Assembly: GCA_027310235.1 (NCBI GenBank)
Contig: DAIDBF010000008.1
Coordinates: forward strand, 1 to 40,196
Direction of reading: 5' to 3'
DNA from: a bacterium
Lineage (GTDB): Bacteria > Patescibacteriota > Minisyncoccia > UBA6257 > GWB1-50-10
Length of the DNA: 40,196 nt
Positions within the stretch are counted from its first letter, which is position 1. Each line of letters opens with the position of its first letter. Positions 35,696 to 40,196 of the stretch are shown here, one piece after another. Under the pieces are notes generated by a model, which was not told the origin of the DNA, ran no database searches, and saw only the letters and a list, made by a program, of their open reading frames with translations. Made by a program: the position numbers and the translations under genes.

Positions 35696-36037
35696 TTATA
35701 ATTCGATGGTTAACCGCTTCATCCGTCTCACGTTCAGGCGATTTTTGGGAAGCATGAGCTTCACCGCGTGACGTATGACCCACGCGGGATCCTTGGCGAA
35801 TTTTTCCTCGTACCGCTCTTCTTTCAAATGACCGAGAGGACCCGAGTGATGATAGTATTTCTTTTGCTGCGTTTTCCTTCCCGTCACCATGATCTTCGAC
35901 GCGTTCTTGAGAAGCACGGAGTCACTCCCCTCTTTCTGGGGGTCATAGGAAGGACTCTTTTTCCCCTGGAGAACGAGTGCTATCTCGGAAGCTATTCTTC
36001 CCAACGGTTTGTGTTTTGCATCGATAGTGTACTGCAT
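35696..36037 (-). CDS. rplM: 50S ribosomal protein L13 (short, 113 aa)
   Basis: IDA..KPLGRIAS, LMLPKNRL. Confidence 0.95.
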   Translation of the reverse strand: MQYTIDAKHKPLGRIASEIALVLQGKKSPSYDPQKEGSDSVLLKNASKIMVTGRKTQQKKYYHHSGPLGHLKEERYEEKFAKDPAWVIRHAVKLMLPKNRLNVRRMKRLTIEL

Positions 36038-36066
36038 ACTTTAAACTTGAAACAATAAACTGGAAA

Positions 36067-36420
36067 CTATTTTATAAACTCTATCGTGACCATCTTCGAA
36101 CCGTCATGTTTTCTCGCGACGGCCTGTTTTACGATCCTTGTATATCCTCCCTTCCGCGCCGCATAACGGGGCGCAAGTTCGTGATACACTTTATATGCCG
36201 CGGCCTTGGGAAGATATTTAAGAAGCAGTTTCATTCCCGCAAGGTTCTGTTTTTTCCCGTAGGTCACGTATCGTTCCGCAACCATACGGATTTCTTTCGC
36301 CCTCGCTTCCGTCGTACGGATGCGTTCGTGACGTACGAGATTGTTCGCGAGCACTTTTAAGAAGGACTTTCTCGGTCCTCGTTTCAAACCAAATTTTCTT
36401 CCTTTGTTTAAATGACGCAT
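36067..36420 (-). CDS. rplQ: 50S ribosomal protein L17
   Basis: MRHLNKGRKF, TTEARAKE, GGYTRI; start taken as 36420. Confidence 0.96.
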   Translation of the reverse strand: MRHLNKGRKFGLKRGPRKSFLKVLANNLVRHERIRTTEARAKEIRMVAERYVTYGKKQNLAGMKLLLKYLPKAAAYKVYHELAPRYAARKGGYTRIVKQAVARKHDGSKMVTIEFIK

Positions 36421-36621
36421 GCCAATACTATCTTGCGTTTCGAGCCGTACTACGGCGATGAAACGTAAGCCATAGTATTGCGCACCGAGCACTCAACGTG
36501 AGTGATTCGGGATTCGACGATAGTTGTGATGTGGTGTGATTCATGGTGTTTCTTTCGAATATCGTGGTTGAGTGCTCGGTAAGGTTTTGTGTATCGCGCT
36601 TCGCGCGATATAAAGCCCTTA
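36421..36621 (-). mobile_element. Stop-to-start intergenic structured element, family S copy D (rpoA-rplQ)
   Basis: About 96% identical to copy B 20 kb away, from TAA to ATG. Confidence 0.8.
36428..36544 (-). CDS. Putative 38-aa relay/leader peptide in element S-D
   Basis: MNHTTSQLSSNPESLTLSARCAILWLTFHRRSTARNAR*; stops 7 nt before the rplQ ATG. Confidence 0.45.
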   Translation of the reverse strand: MNHTTSQLSSNPESLTLSARCAILWLTFHRRSTARNAR

Positions 36622-37383
36622 CTTCTTCTTTTTCGTCTTCTTCTCCGTCTCTCCCTCTTCTTTCTCTGCGCTTTTCGGAACGGCGGGGATTACTTCAATC
36701 GCGCTCAGTTTCTCGAAGTGATCTTTCAAAATATTCGTCGCCTTATGAAGCGCCTCAGAAGGGCTGATCGAGCCATCCGTCGCTATCTCGAGTTCCAGGC
36801 GGTTATAATCGGTACGATCGCCTACACGCATGTCTTCCACCTTAAAGGCGACACGAACCACCGGAGAGAAGATCGCGTCCAGAACAATCGTTCCCACGAA
36901 AAGACGCTCCAAGCGATGCGCTTCCGAAATGACGTAGCCAAGCCCTTTTTCAACCGTGAGTTCTATATCAAGATCTGCGTTCTTTTTCGTAAGCGTCGCG
37001 AGATGCAAATTGTTATTGATAACTTGCACGAACGTAGTCGATTGAATATCGGCGGCAGTAACTTCCCGCTCCCCTTTCACGCGGAGCGAAAGCGTCTGCG
37101 GTTCGTCGGCATCAAAAATAAATCTTATTTTTTTCAGATTGAGCGAGAACTCAACGACATCTTCCATCATCCCCGGAATCGTCGAAAATTCATGATCCGC
37201 TCCTTTTATTTTGATCTGTGTGATTGCCGCACCGGGAAGCGACGACAAAAGCGTGCGACGCAACGCATTACCGAGCGTCGTTCCATAGCCGGTATACAAT
37301 CCTTCGATGTGAAACACACCGATGTTCTTGTTCTCGGAGACCTTCTTTACGACTACCGTTTCGCTTAAATGAGAGTATTTCAT
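36619..37383 (-). CDS. rpoA: RNA polymerase alpha subunit (NTD only, 254 aa)
   Basis: GYGTTLGNALRRTLLSSLPG, DAIFSPV, TDGSISP; ends in an acidic/basic tail. Confidence 0.95.
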   Translation of the reverse strand: MKYSHLSETVVVKKVSENKNIGVFHIEGLYTGYGTTLGNALRRTLLSSLPGAAITQIKIKGADHEFSTIPGMMEDVVEFSLNLKKIRFIFDADEPQTLSLRVKGEREVTAADIQSTTFVQVINNNLHLATLTKKNADLDIELTVEKGLGYVISEAHRLERLFVGTIVLDAIFSPVVRVAFKVEDMRVGDRTDYNRLELEIATDGSISPSEALHKATNILKDHFEKLSAIEVIPAVPKSAEKEEGETEKKTKKKK

Positions 37384-37399
37384 ACTGTATGAGCCCTTG

Positions 37400-38002
37400 T
37401 TACCGGGCAAAAAATTGAACGACCAAGTTTATATCAAATGGTAATTGTAACCCTTCGAGCGGCGGGTTCGAAACGCACTTTCCCTCGAGCTGCTCCGGTT
37501 TGAGTTCGAGCCACGAAGGTGCCGAATATTCCTTGAGGCGAACATGGATATCCTCGAAGAGCTTCGAGTCCCGCGACTCCGGACGGATACGTACGACATC
37601 TCCTATTCTCACACGAAATGAAGGAATTGTCACTTTTCTTCCGTTCACAAGGATGTGCCCGTGCGAGACAAGCTGGCGGGCGATGCGGGGCGATTTCGCA
37701 AATCCCATGAGAAACACGACGTGGTCCAACCGCGTCTCGAGCCGAAGCAGGATGTCTTCCTGCGAATGGTGGGAGAACAAGTTTTGCATCTGGCGGTTGT
37801 TGAAACCGTACGAAAGCTGAGCTTTCTGTTTTTCCTGAAGCTGACGCCCGTAATCGGAGACCATCCGACGATGTTTCTGTCCGTGCATCCCGGGACGGTA
37901 CGGATGACGCACCATCGCGCACTTCGGCGAATTACAACGATCCGCTTTGACAAAAAGCTTTACCCCGAGGGATCGTTCTTTTTTTTCCTTAATGCTTCTC
38001 AT
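37400..38002 (-). CDS. rpsD: 30S ribosomal protein S4
   Basis: PGMHG, LETRLD, ARQLVSHGH. Confidence 0.96.
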   Translation of the reverse strand: MRSIKEKKERSLGVKLFVKADRCNSPKCAMVRHPYRPGMHGQKHRRMVSDYGRQLQEKQKAQLSYGFNNRQMQNLFSHHSQEDILLRLETRLDHVVFLMGFAKSPRIARQLVSHGHILVNGRKVTIPSFRVRIGDVVRIRPESRDSKLFEDIHVRLKEYSAPSWLELKPEQLEGKCVSNPPLEGLQLPFDINLVVQFFAR

Positions 38003-38004
38003 AG

Positions 38005-38457
38005 CTATACTCTCCTTGTTTTTCGCGGACGAGGTCCGTTATGCGGGATCGGCGTTACATCCCTGATTGCAATGATATTCAATCCCCTTGCAGCAAAGGA
38101 TCGGATCGCGGAATCTCTTCCGCTTCCCACGCCGCGTATGCGGATCTCCACTGTCGAGGGGCCGGTTTTCTCTATCTTCTGAGCGATCGCTTCCGCAACT
38201 TTCGATGCGGCAAACGGCGTTGCTTTCTTCGGACCGGAAAATCCGAGCGATCCCGCAGACATCCACGCAATTACTTTTCCCTGCATATCGGTCACGGTGA
38301 TGATCGTATTGTTATAGCTCGTTTGGATATAGATTCTCCCCTGTTCCACGCGCGATTTTCCTCCCGTACTTGCCTGTTTGGCAACGGTGCTTTCCATCGA
38401 CTCATTCTCTTTAATGAGTTCTTCTTTCGATTTTTGGATTACTTTCTTCTTACCCAT
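38005..38457 (-). CDS. rpsK: 30S ribosomal protein S11
   Basis: NNTIIT, KKATPFAA, DVTPIPHNG. Confidence 0.97.
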   Translation of the reverse strand: MGKKKVIQKSKEELIKENESMESTVAKQASTGGKSRVEQGRIYIQTSYNNTIITVTDMQGKVIAWMSAGSLGFSGPKKATPFAASKVAEAIAQKIEKTGPSTVEIRIRGVGSGRDSAIRSFAARGLNIIAIRDVTPIPHNGPRPRKTRRV

Positions 38458-38460
38458 ACC

Positions 38461-38564
38461 TTAATTTTTAATTTAAAATTTTTAATCAAATCTTAATATT
38501 TTAAAACTAAAAATTTCATCATTTAAAATTGAATAAAAATTTCAAATTAAGAATTACAAATTTA
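38461..38564. repeat. Extremely AT-rich low-complexity insert between rpsM and rpsK
   Basis: About 100 bp nearly devoid of G/C, with recurring aaatt/ttaa units, in an otherwise GC-balanced region. Confidence 0.6.
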
Positions 38565-38948
38565 TTATTTAAGCTCCACCTTTCTCTTTCCGCTTCCGGC
38601 GGTCTTTCGCACGTTGCCGCGCACTGTTCTCGAATTCGTCTTCGTACGCTGACCCCTTACGGGAAGTCGTCTCACGTGGCGGACGCCTCGATATGCTTTC
38701 ACATCCTTCAATCGATTGATGTTCTGCCGGATTACCTGCCGCAACTCTCCTTCCACCTTTACATGTTTTTCGAGATAAGATTGAATTTTGTTCACTTCCT
38801 CGGGCGTCAGATCCTTCGCGTGTTTTTCAGCGTCGATATGAGATGCTTCGAGAATTTTAATGGCGTTTGTCGGTCCTACCCCGAAAATATAACGAAGCGC
38901 GATGCGCGTTTTCTTGTTATCAGGAATATTTACGCCGGCTACTCTCAT
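38565..38948 (-). CDS. rpsM: 30S ribosomal protein S13
   Basis: IFGVG, LPVRGQRTKTN. Confidence 0.97.
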   Translation of the reverse strand: MRVAGVNIPDNKKTRIALRYIFGVGPTNAIKILEASHIDAEKHAKDLTPEEVNKIQSYLEKHVKVEGELRQVIRQNINRLKDVKAYRGVRHVRRLPVRGQRTKTNSRTVRGNVRKTAGSGKRKVELK

Positions 38949-38953
38949 TGTTG

Positions 38954-39070
38954 TTATCCTTGTTTCTGCTTATGCTTCGGATTTTTTTTGCAAATGACAT
39001 AAAGCCGTCCTTTGCGGCGGACGGTTTTGCAATCACTGCAAATCTTTTTTACCGACGCTCGTACTTTCAT
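38954..39070 (-). CDS. rpmJ: 50S ribosomal protein L36 (below the ORF-track cutoff)
   Basis: Manual translation [38 protein letters not shown]. Confidence 0.97.
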   Translation of the reverse strand: MKVRASVKKICSDCKTVRRKGRLYVICKKNPKHKQKQG

Positions 39071-39193
39071 CCCGCACCTTTAGAGGATCACGCTTCTTAC
39101 AAAGCACAATACTCTCCGGTTATTTACGACATTTTTTTGTTGCATTTTATCTCAATTTTACATTCCCACAACCCTCTAAAGGTCGGGATTCAT
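39066..39193 (-). mobile_element. MITE-like insertion into the rpmJ start codon (family T), with ATGAA duplication
   Basis: Reverse-complement homolog of 29684-29820; ATGAA at 39189-39193 and 39066-39070. Confidence 0.85.
39080..39145 (-). CDS. Putative 21-aa relay peptide
   Basis: MQQKNVVNNRRVLCFVRSVIL*; stops 9 nt before the rpmJ ATG. Confidence 0.5.
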   Translation of the reverse strand: MQQKNVVNNRRVLCFVRSVIL

Positions 39194-39194
39194 A

Positions 39195-39425
39195 CTATAA
39201 CCTTCTCACGATCCGTCCGCGTTTGTCGGTCGGACTTGTCATTTCGAGTATTACCCGATCGCCGGGAATTACGCGAATTCGATGAAGTTTTAACTTTCCC
39301 GCAAGGTGTCCGAGAATTTCTTTTTTCTCTTCCCCCTCCCTTCCTACATTCACGCGGAAGAGAAGACCCGGCAAGGCCTCTTCAACTTTTCCCTCGACTC
39401 TCAAGAAGCTCGGATCGGTTTTCAT
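39195..39425 (-). CDS. infA: Translation initiation factor IF-1
   Basis: VEGKVEEALP, HLAGKL, GDRV, RGRIV. Confidence 0.95.
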   Translation of the reverse strand: MKTDPSFLRVEGKVEEALPGLLFRVNVGREGEEKKEILGHLAGKLKLHRIRVIPGDRVILEMTSPTDKRGRIVRRL

Positions 39426-39440
39426 TAATAGGCAGGTTCT

Positions 39441-39469
39441 ATAGTAACGAAGACCCTAGGGAATGTCAA
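39441..39469 (-). promoter_or_regulatory. Sigma70-type promoter for the infA-rpmJ-rpsM operon
   Basis: TTGACA-17 nt-TACTAT, 15 nt upstream of the infA ATG. Confidence 0.7.
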
Positions 39470-39471
39470 CA

Positions 39472-40196
39472 TTATATGACCTCGCTTTGGTAACACGCTT
39501 CACAATACACGATCTCCGGGCGATCTGGAGCGAAGGTTGTTTCGAACTCATTCGGGCACTTCTCTTTGCCGTGCTGGTGCGACGCGACATTTACGTACAC
39601 GCCGTTTCCCGACCTCGCTCCCTCGCATTGGCATATACGACGCCAAAGCGTAAAGGGATTACGTTTTTTGAGCCGTTCATAATGCCTGCAGTTCGGGCAT
39701 AATCGCGGAAGCGGGATACGCATACGGCGATAGAATTCGAGTTCTTCTTTGGCAAGTTTGAACGCGGTGGCGCACTGTTCCATGCATTTTCCCTCGTGAG
39801 CGCATCCTATCACTTCATTTACAATATCATCGCTTGCCTCATCAATTCGTACCGGAAGATCTTCGGGTTTCTTCGTAATCACGTAATTCTTGTCTCCCGA
39901 ATCCCGCCATAGATATCCTTCGGCTTCCACCTGATTCTTCGTGAGCGGGAAGAACTCCTGTGCGATCGTCTCGTTGTACGCATGAGGACTCAACTCCCCG
40001 GGAGGAAATTCTCCATAAGCATACGTTCTTCTCTTCTTGTCCACGTACGGCATCGCGTTCATGTGTTCGATAACTTTCGGAAGCATTTTTTCATACTCCT
40101 CTTTCGAGTACTGTTTGTTCAGGATGCAGTACTCTTTATTGCGTACTCCAACACATCCGAAGCAGTTATTCGATCCGCGGCAGAAAAACGCATAAC
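39472..40196 (-). CDS. Cys-rich multi-zinc-ribbon hypothetical protein, 3' part (5' end outside window)
   Basis: Frame stays open to the window end (CFGCVGVRNKEYCILNKQYSKEEY); paralog of 22694-24415. Confidence 0.85.
   Translation of the reverse strand, partial: YAFFCRGSNNCFGCVGVRNKEYCILNKQYSKEEYEKMLPKVIEHMNAMPYVDKKRRTYAYGEFPPGELSPHAYNETIAQEFFPLTKNQVEAEGYLWRDSGDKNYVITKKPEDLPVRIDEASDDIVNEVIGCAHEGKCMEQCATAFKLAKEELEFYRRMRIPLPRLCPNCRHYERLKKRNPFTLWRRICQCEGARSGNGVYVNVASHQHGKEKCPNEFETTFAPDRPEIVYCEACYQSEVI

Overview
Housekeeping-rich region of a small-genome bacterium, most consistent with Patescibacteria/CPR (Parcubacteria-like). That call is an inference from gene content, compact proteins, apparently leaderless promoters and the Cys-rich paralog family. 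Standard code: TGA and TAG both serve as stops. Most genes are on the minus strand, in this left-to-right order: P-type ATPase (partial), xseB, xseA, dnaJ, membrane protein, dnaK, grpE, hrcA with a CIRCE, pilin-like gene, GT-C glycosyltransferase (+), ftsQ-like, serS, lysS, greA, pbp2, mreD, mreC, mreB, proS, ddl, rseP, frr, holB-like, second mreB, PEGA-type protein (+), liv-type ABC importer, and rpsI-rplM-rplQ-rpoA-rpsD-rpsK-rpsM-rpmJ-infA. The unusual signal lies in the intergenic DNA, which is densely filled with small structured elements. (1) Four ~200-220 bp elements each run from a TAA stop to the next ATG. Each has covarying hairpins, a pseudoknot-like pairing and a same-frame 38-42 aa mini-ORF that stops 7-8 nt before the downstream start. 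(2) Three ~120 bp terminal-inverted-repeat elements are inserted into start codons with 5-bp ATGAR duplications, and each carries a mini-ORF ending 3-9 nt before the regenerated ATG. (3) Six ~180-200 bp rods, plus degenerate relatives, fold fully on only one strand through tandem G.A pairs. (4) One palindrome is inserted in frame inside ddl. Working hypothesis (inference): mini mobile elements that target stop/start junctions and stay non-polar by carrying translational-relay mini-ORFs. No transposase is present in the window.
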